Positions 54,772 through 63,543 of a stretch of 64,000 nt of DNA are shown here, one piece after another. The translations under genes were made by a program, and so were the position numbers. Positions within the stretch are counted from its first letter, which is position 1. Every line of letters starts with the position of its first letter. The stretch lies in the sequence record SRR9188677_178; one strand, written 5' to 3'. A model generated the notes under the pieces. The model had not been told where the DNA came from. It did no database searches and saw only the letters and a list, made by a program, of their open reading frames with translations.

Positions 54772-55212
54772 ATGGTGAATATGAATTTATTTAAGCCCTT
54801 ATTTGTTACAGTATTTATCTTTCTATCAGCGATTGCGCACGCCGGCATTGACATCAAACCTATTCAACATCCAATTGATGCATGGTATGAAAACAAAATG
54901 GCTGAAGAGACAGTTTCAACAACTGCTGACATGCGTAACATTACTAATGAAGCCAGGGTTAAGTGGGATTCAGAAATGAATATAGTCTACAAGCGGCTCA
55001 TGAAAAGATTGAATTCGACCCAGCAAGTGGCGCTTAGGAAAGCTCAACAACAATGGCTGAAGTACAGAGATACCGAAGGTAAAGCTATTAGTGAAATTAT
55101 CTCATCACAGCAAGGCACTATTCACCAATTAACCGGCACAAACTTAGGCATGCAGCTAGTACGTTCCCGAGCATTGAATCTGCTCGCATATGAACAAGAG
55201 TTTTCGAAATAA
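54772..55212 (+). CDS. LprI / DUF1311-family exported protein
   Basis: STTADM...WDSEMNIVYKRL...LRKAQQQWLKYRD pattern; signal peptide. Confidence 0.8.
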   Translation: MVNMNLFKPLFVTVFIFLSAIAHAGIDIKPIQHPIDAWYENKMAEETVSTTADMRNITNEARVKWDSEMNIVYKRLMKRLNSTQQVALRKAQQQWLKYRDTEGKAISEIISSQQGTIHQLTGTNLGMQLVRSRALNLLAYEQEFSK

Positions 55213-55261
55213 TATAATCAAGCTATTCCATCTCCCGCCTGGATAAGTCCTGACTTCCACA

Positions 55262-55352
55262 CCAAGCCAACATAACGGCCATCGATTTGTCATGGGAAGC
55301 TGAATCGATCAGCCCCTGATTGTTTGGCTATGACTCAAAACGAGTGACTATG
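55262..55352 (+). repeat. Degenerate direct repeat / decayed ORF fragment, copy 2
   Basis: Matches 54597-54691; a shorter similarity also lies at about 57815-57846. Confidence 0.6.
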
Positions 55353-55396
55353 AGCAGGCTTTACAGTTTGTGAATGATTTTTGAGTATTAAATGGT

Positions 55397-56446
55397 TTAA
55401 GCTGGTTTTATTAGCACCTGCAAATCATTGCCGCCGGACAGGCTTCTATAAGAAGAGTTTATTTGTTCATGCGGTACACCCAACGCTACTGCACTCGCTG
55501 CATCCAATCGCGCAACCATTTCAGGGGGCAAACTGATATCCAAAGCACCTAAGGTGGCATCTAATTGTTCTACTGTACGAGGTCCTAATATTGGTATGAT
55601 TGAAGTTGTCGATCTAGCGGCCTTGTCTAGCAACCAGGCAATAGCAATGTGGGTTGGACTAGCCCCCAACTCATCTGCAATGGACAAAATCGTATTGAGC
55701 AATTCAGTTTCTTTTTCTGACTTTTCAGTATGGACCAGCATCCCAAGCTTAGTTAAGCGAGTGTCCACATGTTGATCCCGATACTTGCCTGTCAGAAAGC
55801 CTCCACCAAGCGGTGACCAGGTGGTAACTCCCAACCCTAAAGACTCTGACATTGGGATCAGCTCTCGATCTGGCGAACGTTCTGCCAAGCTGTATTCAAT
55901 CTGAATGCCGATGATGGGAGACCACCCTTTCAAATCTGCCATCAAGTCCGCCCGTGCAATCCGCCATGCAGGAAAGTTGGAAAGGCCCGCATAAATTACT
56001 TTCCCGCTGCGCACCAAATCATCTAATCCACGCAGGATTTCTTCCATAGGCGTGACACCATCACTGATATGCACCCAGTAAAGGTCAATGCGATCCGTTT
56101 TCAGCCGCTTTAAGCTTTCCTCAACAGCGCGCACCATGTTCTTACGGCTGTTACCGGTTCTGGAAATCCCGGCATCGGGTGCAGTTGCATTGCTATATTT
56201 GGTTGCAACGACAAATTGATCCCTATCCGAGGCAATGAAATCACCTAATAATGACTCTGACTCACCGCGTTGATATGCGTTTGCAGTATCAAAGAAATTC
56301 CCACCCGCATTTACATACTGATCAAAAATCTTTTTAGCCTCTTCAGGCGCAGCGCCATGCCCCCACCCTGTACCGAAGTTACCCGTGCCCAACGCTAACT
56401 CAGACACTCTCAATCCAGAGTTCCTGCCAAATACTTTAAATTTCAT
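55397..56446 (-). CDS. Aldo/keto reductase
   Basis: LRVSELALGT, FDTANAY, VATKY, SLKRLKTDRIDLY and WSPLGGG motifs. Confidence 0.93.
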   Translation of the reverse strand: MKFKVFGRNSGLRVSELALGTGNFGTGWGHGAAPEEAKKIFDQYVNAGGNFFDTANAYQRGESESLLGDFIASDRDQFVVATKYSNATAPDAGISRTGNSRKNMVRAVEESLKRLKTDRIDLYWVHISDGVTPMEEILRGLDDLVRSGKVIYAGLSNFPAWRIARADLMADLKGWSPIIGIQIEYSLAERSPDRELIPMSESLGLGVTTWSPLGGGFLTGKYRDQHVDTRLTKLGMLVHTEKSEKETELLNTILSIADELGASPTHIAIAWLLDKAARSTTSIIPILGPRTVEQLDATLGALDISLPPEMVARLDAASAVALGVPHEQINSSYRSLSGGNDLQVLIKPA

Positions 56447-56467
56447 ATGCGTTCTTTATTCTTGATA

Positions 56468-57040
56468 CTACTCATTCAAAGTCTTCTTTTTCGAGGTATC
56501 CAGAATTTCTTCTGATAGCTCACTCGTGCCTGCGGCTCTAGCCAATATCAATGCACCCACCCATTGAGAAAACATGGCGATAGAGTTCTCGCGCTTTTCT
56601 TGCTCAGATTCGCCAGGAACAATCTTTGATAGAAGCTCAACGACTGACTCAATACTACCTTCGAAAACTTTTTGAACTGCGACATCATGGCGTGACACTT
56701 CAGGCGCCAATGTTGAAAACACACATGTTGTAGCTAACTCGTCTCTATTTTTGGTTGAGAGATAAGAGTTGCCGATGCGAGCAAGAGGATTCTCAATTTC
56801 AGGATTGGCTATATGCTCTTCCCATCTTTTTAGAGTTTTATCGCAAGCTCGTTGGCAAGCTTGAGCGATCAAATCCTCTTTTGACTGGAAGTTCTTATAA
56901 AACCCGCCGACAGTCAATCCAGCATTTTTCATCAAATCAGCGACACCAATACCATCAAACCCATGCTCTTTAAACAAGATTGATGCAGTGTCGAGTACCA
57001 GTTCACGATTCTCTAGCGATTTAGCTCTACTTACTCTCAT
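56468..57040 (-). CDS. TetR/AcrR-family regulator
   Basis: LFKEHGFDGIGVADLMKNAGLTVGGFYKNFQSKEDL. Confidence 0.93.
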   Translation of the reverse strand: MRVSRAKSLENRELVLDTASILFKEHGFDGIGVADLMKNAGLTVGGFYKNFQSKEDLIAQACQRACDKTLKRWEEHIANPEIENPLARIGNSYLSTKNRDELATTCVFSTLAPEVSRHDVAVQKVFEGSIESVVELLSKIVPGESEQEKRENSIAMFSQWVGALILARAAGTSELSEEILDTSKKKTLNE

Positions 57041-57088
57041 CAGCTTTTTTCCACATTGGATGCAACTATTTTACTGTGACTTTCGGTA

Positions 57089-57598
57089 TTACTTATTTAA
57101 AAGGGATTTAACCGCATCGATACCCGCTTGCGCACAAGCAACATCTTGATCAGGCATCCCTCCACTGACGCCCACAGCGCCTAAAAACTCTTTGCCAGAA
57201 CTAAAAGGAATACCCCCACCTAAAGTAACGAAACCAGGTAAGTTAGCCAGACCTGGCGCTGGCCCACCTTTTTTATCCTTACCAAAAGAAAATTCCTCAA
57301 GCGCGCTTGTTGGTAGCTGCATGCCAGCAGAATTTAACGCTTTGAGTTTTGATAGCTCAGCGGAAGCAATATAAGCGCCATTCATACGCTGAAAATAGAT
57401 TGGATTAGCGCCTGCATCAACGATAGTAATGCTCATTTTCCAACCTTCCTTTGTAGCTTTGGCTTGGCAACCTGCGGCAATCTTTTGCGCTGTTTCAAGA
57501 TTAAGTACAGGCTGGGCTTCAAATGCATGCGCTTGAAAACTGACACTCGCTGCGGCAAATGCCAGATTGATGAATAAATGTTTGGGATTCATATCCAT
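57089..57598 (-). CDS. GlcG/HbpS-family heme-binding protein, exported
   Basis: IVDAGA...RMNGA...KA, GGGIP and GAVGVSGG..DQD motifs; signal peptide. Confidence 0.85.
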   Translation of the reverse strand: MDMNPKHLFINLAFAAASVSFQAHAFEAQPVLNLETAQKIAAGCQAKATKEGWKMSITIVDAGANPIYFQRMNGAYIASAELSKLKALNSAGMQLPTSALEEFSFGKDKKGGPAPGLANLPGFVTLGGGIPFSSGKEFLGAVGVSGGMPDQDVACAQAGIDAVKSLLNK

Positions 57599-57625
57599 GT
57601 CCTTTAGTAAATGGAAACAGCCATA

Positions 57626-57695
57626 AGATTACGACCGTAATCTAATAATAAAGGGGCTTCTTGCATAAGTCAAATTTAGATTATGAATATAATCT
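57626..57695. promoter_or_regulatory. Two palindromic putative TetR operators
   Basis: AGATTACGACCGTAATCT (57626-57643) and AGATTATGAATATAATCT (57678-57695). Confidence 0.7.
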
Positions 57696-57977
57696 ATTTT
57701 GCAAAATCCTATGAAATATTTGCGCAGCTGTAACCAAGACCCTAGACGTGAACCTAGAGTCTCTCATCTATAACTGCCTATCTCACAATCGAATTTAGCC
57801 CAAAATTCCTCACATCTGGGTAATCCTAGCTCCCCTCCAAGCCAACGACGTGTGGGATTATCCTGATAAGGTTGTAGGATAATCTCATGTAATAAGTTAT
57901 CTAGTTATCTCTGTGTTGACGAGGTGTTACAAGACATGTAGGTTGTGAACTATAAATTTAATTTTTACTAATATTTA

Positions 57978-59492
57978 ATGAACACTATTTCAGAAAATAT
58001 CAAAATTGCAAGAACAGGCATAGAAGGGTTAGATGTTGTGCTTAAAGGCGGATTGCCTGCCGGCCGTTTTTATCTATTAGAAGGTGCCCCTGGCTCTGGA
58101 AAAACGACAGTTGCTATACAGTTTTTGATGGAAGGTTTGTCCAATGGTGAAAAGGTACTTTATGTAACTTTGTCAGAAACTGCTGAAGAATTATATGCAG
58201 TCGGGCAATCACATGACTGGAATTTAGAAACAATGCCACTGTTCGAGTTAGCACAGGCAGATGTTGCACTAAGTTTTGATCGTGAACAAAGTATTTTGCA
58301 TCCTTGGGAGGTTGAGCTTTCCGAGACTATTAAATTAATCACTGATAAAGTTGAAGAAATAAAACCGAGTAGAGTTGTTTTTGATAGCTTGTCAGAAATG
58401 CGATTGCTAGCACAGGACTCGCTGCGCTATAGACGACAGCTATTGATGCTTAAACAACACTTTGCCTCAAAAAAAATTACGGTTTTACTCGTTGATGATA
58501 TGACGGGAAATGCTGGCGAACGTGATGTGCATCTACACAGCCTCTGTCATGGAGTGATTACGCTAGAACGAAAAACACTTGAGTTCGGTGGAGCAACTAG
58601 GAAATTACAAGTTCAAAAGCTAAGAGGTGTTGATTTCATAGCTGGCTTCCACGACTTCGCGATAAAAAAAGGTGGAGTAAATGTTTATGCAAGATTAATT
58701 GCCTCTAAATTTCATACTGAATTTTTAGAGGAGCCTGTTCAATCTGGAATAGATGAATTAGACAAATTGCTAGATGGAGGCATGCTAAAAGGCACTACTA
58801 CACTGATTACTGGCCCTGCTGGCAGCGGTAAAACGAATATTGCCCTTCAGTATGTTGCCGAAACTTGCAAGCGTGGTGAGCGGGCCGTTATCTATGAGTT
58901 TGATGAGCGTATCGGCACATTACTTACCAGATCAAAACTTTTAGGATTTGATCTACAACAATATATAGCTTCAGGTCAATTAAACATCAGGCAGATGGAT
59001 CCAGCCGAGATTACACCAGGTGAATTTGCGTGTTTAGTCAAAAAGGAGGTCGAGGAATTTGATGTGAAAATGATAGTAGTGGATAGCTTGGCAGGTTACA
59101 TGTCCTCTATGCCACAAGAAAAGCAACTACTTCTTCAAATGCATGAAATGCTGTCTTATCTCAACCAACAAGGTATCGTTACCTTATTAATCAATCCGCA
59201 ACAAAGCCTTGTAGGAACGATGTCGGTGACAGGTTTGAATGTTAGCTATATAGCCGATACGGTAATTTTATTACGCTTCTTTGAATTTGAAGGCAGGATC
59301 AGGAAAGCCATATCCATCATCAAAAACCGTGGTGGTTCTCATGAAGATACCATTCGTGAACTGAGAATCGACTCTAAAGGATTACGCATTGGTGAAGTGT
59401 TAGATGGCTTCAAGGGCGTGTTAACCGGTGTACCAGATTACAAAGGCAGTTCAGATCAACTATTAGAACCACGCACAGATGATACCCAATAG
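57978..59492 (+). CDS. KaiC-like double-domain ATPase
   Basis: Two RecA-like domains with GAPGSGKT and GPAGSGKT; QKLRG and IKNRG; phosphosite region VSYIAD. Confidence 0.88.
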   Translation: MNTISENIKIARTGIEGLDVVLKGGLPAGRFYLLEGAPGSGKTTVAIQFLMEGLSNGEKVLYVTLSETAEELYAVGQSHDWNLETMPLFELAQADVALSFDREQSILHPWEVELSETIKLITDKVEEIKPSRVVFDSLSEMRLLAQDSLRYRRQLLMLKQHFASKKITVLLVDDMTGNAGERDVHLHSLCHGVITLERKTLEFGGATRKLQVQKLRGVDFIAGFHDFAIKKGGVNVYARLIASKFHTEFLEEPVQSGIDELDKLLDGGMLKGTTTLITGPAGSGKTNIALQYVAETCKRGERAVIYEFDERIGTLLTRSKLLGFDLQQYIASGQLNIRQMDPAEITPGEFACLVKKEVEEFDVKMIVVDSLAGYMSSMPQEKQLLLQMHEMLSYLNQQGIVTLLINPQQSLVGTMSVTGLNVSYIADTVILLRFFEFEGRIRKAISIIKNRGGSHEDTIRELRIDSKGLRIGEVLDGFKGVLTGVPDYKGSSDQLLEPRTDDTQ

Positions 59493-61950
59493 TTTAATGG
59501 GTAAATGCACTGTATTAATTCTCGCTTCATTTGGTAAAGATGCCGAATATTGTCTGGCATTGTTAGAAACTGCGGGTATTGAAGCTGATGTAATTCACTC
59601 AGTCCATGAATTAGCGCTTGCCATAAACGATAATACAGGCTCAATTTTGTTAACCAGCGAGTCAATTGCTCGAATCAATCTCAATGAATTAGTTGAAGCG
59701 TTGAATGCGCAACCAACCTGGTCAGATATTCCCTTTATATATTTAGCGCCGGCTAGGCAAGTATCTTCTTCTACAAACAGTGTTGCAGTACGTAATCTAT
59801 TGCCCGAAAGAATCTCGAATGTCATGGTTCTTGAAAGACCGTTAAGTAGAGAGTCCTTAATTAGTGCCGTTAAGTGGGCATTATCTGCAAGACTCAGACA
59901 ATACGTGATTCGTGATCAACTGGAACAGCTGAGGCAAACATCTGAACAATTACGCGTTTCAAATGAACGTATCGATTTAGCACTCAATTCTGGCACGGTG
60001 TTAGGGACATGGATTTGGGATGTCCAACATGATGTTTTGACAGGTGATGAACGCTTAGCTAAAAGCTTTGGATCCAGCCCGGACGTATTCATAGAGGGAG
60101 TCGCTGTTGATACGTTTGTGCAATTAGTACATCCTCAAGATCAAGCCTATCTAAATCAGATGATTGCCAAAACAGTCCAAAATGGTGGAGTCTACCGAGC
60201 TGAATATCGTGTTAAAAATGGAGACGGTAACTGGCGCTGGGTTGAAGCCAATGGATATTGCGAATTAGACGCGCAGGGTGTGGCTATACGGTTTCCTGGT
60301 GTCCTGATCGACATAGATGAGCGTAAAAATGCAGAGGAGTCTTTAAAACAGAGCGAAAGTGAGCTTCGATTAGTCACAGACTCTTTACCTGTATTAATTG
60401 CATTTATTGATATGGAACGCCGGATCAAGTTTGTGAACAATGCTTGCGAAACTTGGTTTTACAGACATGAGAGTGATCTCATTGGCAATCAGATCGATAA
60501 TTTTTTAGTGGAAAGAACTAATCATGGTTCTTTAGAGCACATCGCTAACGCTCTAGCTGGCAAAATTGTTCACTGCGAACTTGTTTGGCCACATATAGAC
60601 GGCAAAAGAAGAGAAGCCGAAGTAAGGTTTTTACCTCGATTGTCTGAAAGTGCTGTAGTTGATGGTTTCCACTTATTTGTAATGGAAATTACAGATCGGA
60701 AAATTGCAGAAGAGATTTACCACCAATCCCAGATCGTTTTAGAACAGCGCGTTGCTGAACGTACTTTAGCCTTACAAAAAGCTATGGATGAGCGATTGGC
60801 TGCAGAAGATGCATTGCGGCAGTCTCAAAAGATGGAATCTGTCGGCCAACTAACTGGTGGAATCGCACATGACTTTAATAACTTACTTCAAGGTATCACC
60901 GGTTCATTGAACGTCATTAAAAAAAGTCTGCAACTCGGAAAAACTGTAGATGTTGAACGTTATATTGATAATGCCTTGAGTGCATCTTTCAGAGCGGCTG
61001 GATTGACGCATCGGTTACTAGCTTTTTCACGTAGGCAGCCCTTAGACCCTAAGCCTGTTCAAGTCAATCCTCTCATTAGAACTATGGATGATCTATTAAT
61101 TCGAACGCTGGATGAAAAGATATCGTTTGTACTAGATCTGGAAGATAAGCTATGGGAAACGCTTTGTGATATCAACCAATTAGAAAGTGCAATTCTCAAT
61201 CTCGCCATTAATGCTCGTGATGCCATGCCTGATGGTGGTCAGTTAAAAATTTCTACACGCAATGTAGTTGAGAAGAAGTTTGCTAGCCAAGATGATGCCG
61301 AGTTTGTCAGAATCTCTGTCAGTGATACCGGTACTGGCATGTCACCTGATGTTATTGAACGTGCATTCGATCCGTTTTTCACTACCAAACCTCAAGGTCA
61401 AGGTACTGGGCTTGGTCTATCAATGATTTATGGTTTTACCAGACAGTCCGATGGATTCAGTAAAATAGAAAGTACGCTGGGTGCCGGAACTACATTGCAT
61501 CTTTATCTACCTAGACACCAAAGCCAACACGAGGCCTTGCCAGCCACTGAAGTCTCAAACTTTCCCAATTCAATTACAGCTGATGGGCAAGTCATATTGG
61601 TAGTCGAAGACGATGAAATAATCAGAGCCCTTGTTGTAGACGCCCTTGAAGATGTAGGCTTTAAAACTCTTCAAGCCAGTGATGGCCCTTCTGGTTTGGA
61701 CATCTTAAAAAGCAAAGCGTCAATTAATTTACTACTCACAGATATAGGTTTGCCCGGTTTAAATGGCAAACAAATTGCAGATGCTGCGCTAGTTGATAGG
61801 GCTGAACTAAAAGTTTTATTCATGACAGGTTATGCAGAGGCTGCAGTTGCATCCTCTGGATTTTTACGTGAGGGAATGGCATTAATCACTAAACCATTTG
61901 AAATGGAATCATTGATTACGAAAGTAACTGAGCTAGTTAAAATTATATAA
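59479..61950 (+). CDS. Hybrid histidine kinase (pseudo-REC, PAS, PAS, HisKA, HATPase, REC)
   Basis: QPTWSDIP N-terminus, two PAS domains, GGIAHDFNN, FFTTK..GQGTGLGL and LLTDIGLPG; overlaps the kaiC-like gene by 14 bp. Confidence 0.9.
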   Translation: MIPNSLMGKCTVLILASFGKDAEYCLALLETAGIEADVIHSVHELALAINDNTGSILLTSESIARINLNELVEALNAQPTWSDIPFIYLAPARQVSSSTNSVAVRNLLPERISNVMVLERPLSRESLISAVKWALSARLRQYVIRDQLEQLRQTSEQLRVSNERIDLALNSGTVLGTWIWDVQHDVLTGDERLAKSFGSSPDVFIEGVAVDTFVQLVHPQDQAYLNQMIAKTVQNGGVYRAEYRVKNGDGNWRWVEANGYCELDAQGVAIRFPGVLIDIDERKNAEESLKQSESELRLVTDSLPVLIAFIDMERRIKFVNNACETWFYRHESDLIGNQIDNFLVERTNHGSLEHIANALAGKIVHCELVWPHIDGKRREAEVRFLPRLSESAVVDGFHLFVMEITDRKIAEEIYHQSQIVLEQRVAERTLALQKAMDERLAAEDALRQSQKMESVGQLTGGIAHDFNNLLQGITGSLNVIKKSLQLGKTVDVERYIDNALSASFRAAGLTHRLLAFSRRQPLDPKPVQVNPLIRTMDDLLIRTLDEKISFVLDLEDKLWETLCDINQLESAILNLAINARDAMPDGGQLKISTRNVVEKKFASQDDAEFVRISVSDTGTGMSPDVIERAFDPFFTTKPQGQGTGLGLSMIYGFTRQSDGFSKIESTLGAGTTLHLYLPRHQSQHEALPATEVSNFPNSITADGQVILVVEDDEIIRALVVDALEDVGFKTLQASDGPSGLDILKSKASINLLLTDIGLPGLNGKQIADAALVDRAELKVLFMTGYAEAAVASSGFLREGMALITKPFEMESLITKVTELVKII

Positions 61951-62187
61951 GGATTGCGATTGACTCCTAACTCAGCTACTGATTCTGCTCCTAAATTAAG
62001 CGATCAACAATTTCCAGAACCTTAACCTTTAATTGTTCTTGGCCAGGACGAGGTGCTTCAGCAACAGCAAGCCGAATTAAATCCTCTCAAGACACTAAGG
62101 TCTCTTGAAATTTGATTTCGAATAATATCCAGTTTATCTCACTTCAAACAAATAAGACCCAAGCCGTTAACTTTGAGTCTTTATCAT

Positions 62188-62230
62188 TGGTCACCCTCTG
62201 TGAGTCGAACACAGGACCAACTGATAACTT
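62188..62230 (-). repeat. tRNA 3'-end fragment (att-like relic), copy B
   Basis: Minus strand ATCAGTTGGTC-CTGTG-TTCGACT-CACAG-AGGGTGA-CCA; no matching 5' half upstream. Confidence 0.7.
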
Positions 62231-62312
62231 ATTGAGCCGACCATTTGATTTTTCTGTATATAAACTCATCAAATGATCGCTCAGCCGAAAGCCACTACAA
62301 CATAATATCCAT

Positions 62313-63104
62313 ATGAAGATTGCCACTTACAACATTAATGGGATCAATAATCGGATTGAGCGATTATTGGAGTGGTTAGCCGAAACAGAGCCTGATGCAG
62401 TGTGTCTCCAGGAGCTTAAGTCAGAAACGAATAAGTTTCCAGTCAAGGCTATTGAGAAAGCGGGTTATGGTGCTTTATGGCAAGGTCAAAAAGCCTGGAA
62501 CGGTGTCGCTATACTTAGTAGAGATAGTGAGCCACTTTTAATACGCCGCAGCTTACCCGGAGACCCCGCTGACAAACAAGCAAGGTATATTGAAGCGGCT
62601 GTAAATGGATTGATTCTGGCCAGTTTATATTTGCCTAACGGCAATCCCCAACCGGGCCCAAAATTTGACTATAAATTAGCCTGGTTTCAGCGGTTGAACG
62701 TTCATGCTAAAGAGCTTTTAGATACCGGTTTGCCTGTGGTTCTCGCTGGCGACTATAACGTTGTTCCAACCAATCTAGATATATACAAAACCACTTCATG
62801 GGACGACGATGCCCTTTTACAGCCTGAAAGTCGTACAGCATTCGCAGATCTGGTTAAGCAAGGCTGGACAGATGCATTGAGGTCATGTCATCCCAATGAA
62901 AGCATTTACACATACTGGGACTACAAACGAAATCGCTGGTCTCGAAATGCCGGATTGAGAATCGACCACTTGTTACTGAGCCCGGTATTGGCCGCAGGTC
63001 TCCGAAATGCAAATGTGGATAAGGATTATAGAGGCATAGAAGGTGCCAGTGACCACGCGCCAACATGGGTGGAGTTTCATTGGGAGCCTGTGATTACAAA
63101 CTAA
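62313..63104 (+). CDS. xth: Exodeoxyribonuclease III
   Basis: KIATYNING, CLQELK, YLPNG, GDYN, GLRIDH and SDHAP motifs. Confidence 0.93.
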   Translation: MKIATYNINGINNRIERLLEWLAETEPDAVCLQELKSETNKFPVKAIEKAGYGALWQGQKAWNGVAILSRDSEPLLIRRSLPGDPADKQARYIEAAVNGLILASLYLPNGNPQPGPKFDYKLAWFQRLNVHAKELLDTGLPVVLAGDYNVVPTNLDIYKTTSWDDDALLQPESRTAFADLVKQGWTDALRSCHPNESIYTYWDYKRNRWSRNAGLRIDHLLLSPVLAAGLRNANVDKDYRGIEGASDHAPTWVEFHWEPVITN

Positions 63105-63150
63105 TTTTTTTCATGAACTCCATTTGAGTTGAGATTCATGCAAATCAAGC

Positions 63151-63543
63151 TTAGCCTTTATCAATTTTCTCAAAAATTTTAGTTAATTTGTCTTCCAAAG
63201 TTGCTGAGGTGAATGGCTTCACTACATAACCACTGGCTTTGGCTTGGGCGGCGGCAATAATATTTTCTTTTTTTGCTTCCGCCGTCACCATAAGAACAGG
63301 CAAATTACACAATTTAGGGTCAGCACGAATGTTTTGAAGCATAGTAAGACCATCCATATTAGGCATATTCCAATCAGACACTACAAACTCGAAATTACCG
63401 TCGCGAAGCTTTTCTAGCGCTTCAACACCATCTTCAGCTTCCTCTACATTGTTATAGCCGAGTTCCTTCAGTAAATTACGTACAATTCTTCGCATTGTAG
63501 AGAAATCGTCTACCACCAGAAATTTAGTATTTGGGTTACCCAC
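63151..63543 (-). CDS. cheY: Chemotaxis response regulator CheY
   Basis: [38 protein letters not shown] and VVKPF; GTG start with a GGAG RBS. Confidence 0.92.
   Translation of the reverse strand: MGNPNTKFLVVDDFSTMRRIVRNLLKELGYNNVEEAEDGVEALEKLRDGNFEFVVSDWNMPNMDGLTMLQNIRADPKLCNLPVLMVTAEAKKENIIAAAQAKASGYVVKPFTSATLEDKLTKIFEKIDKG

Noticed and set aside
54597-55352. CRISPR array or integron attC interpretation of the repeats
   Set aside because: Only two long degenerate copies; no regular spacers, no attC-type inverted cores recognised, and no cas or intI gene.
57978-59492. A true circadian clock
   Set aside because: No kaiA or kaiB in the window and non-canonical phosphosites, so it is called only KaiC-like.
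61985-62140. Possible frameshifted minus-strand gene remnant
   Set aside because: Too short, and no family recognisable without a search.
62188-62263. Complete tRNA gene
   Set aside because: Only the 3' part is present; no D-arm or complementary acceptor 5' strand.
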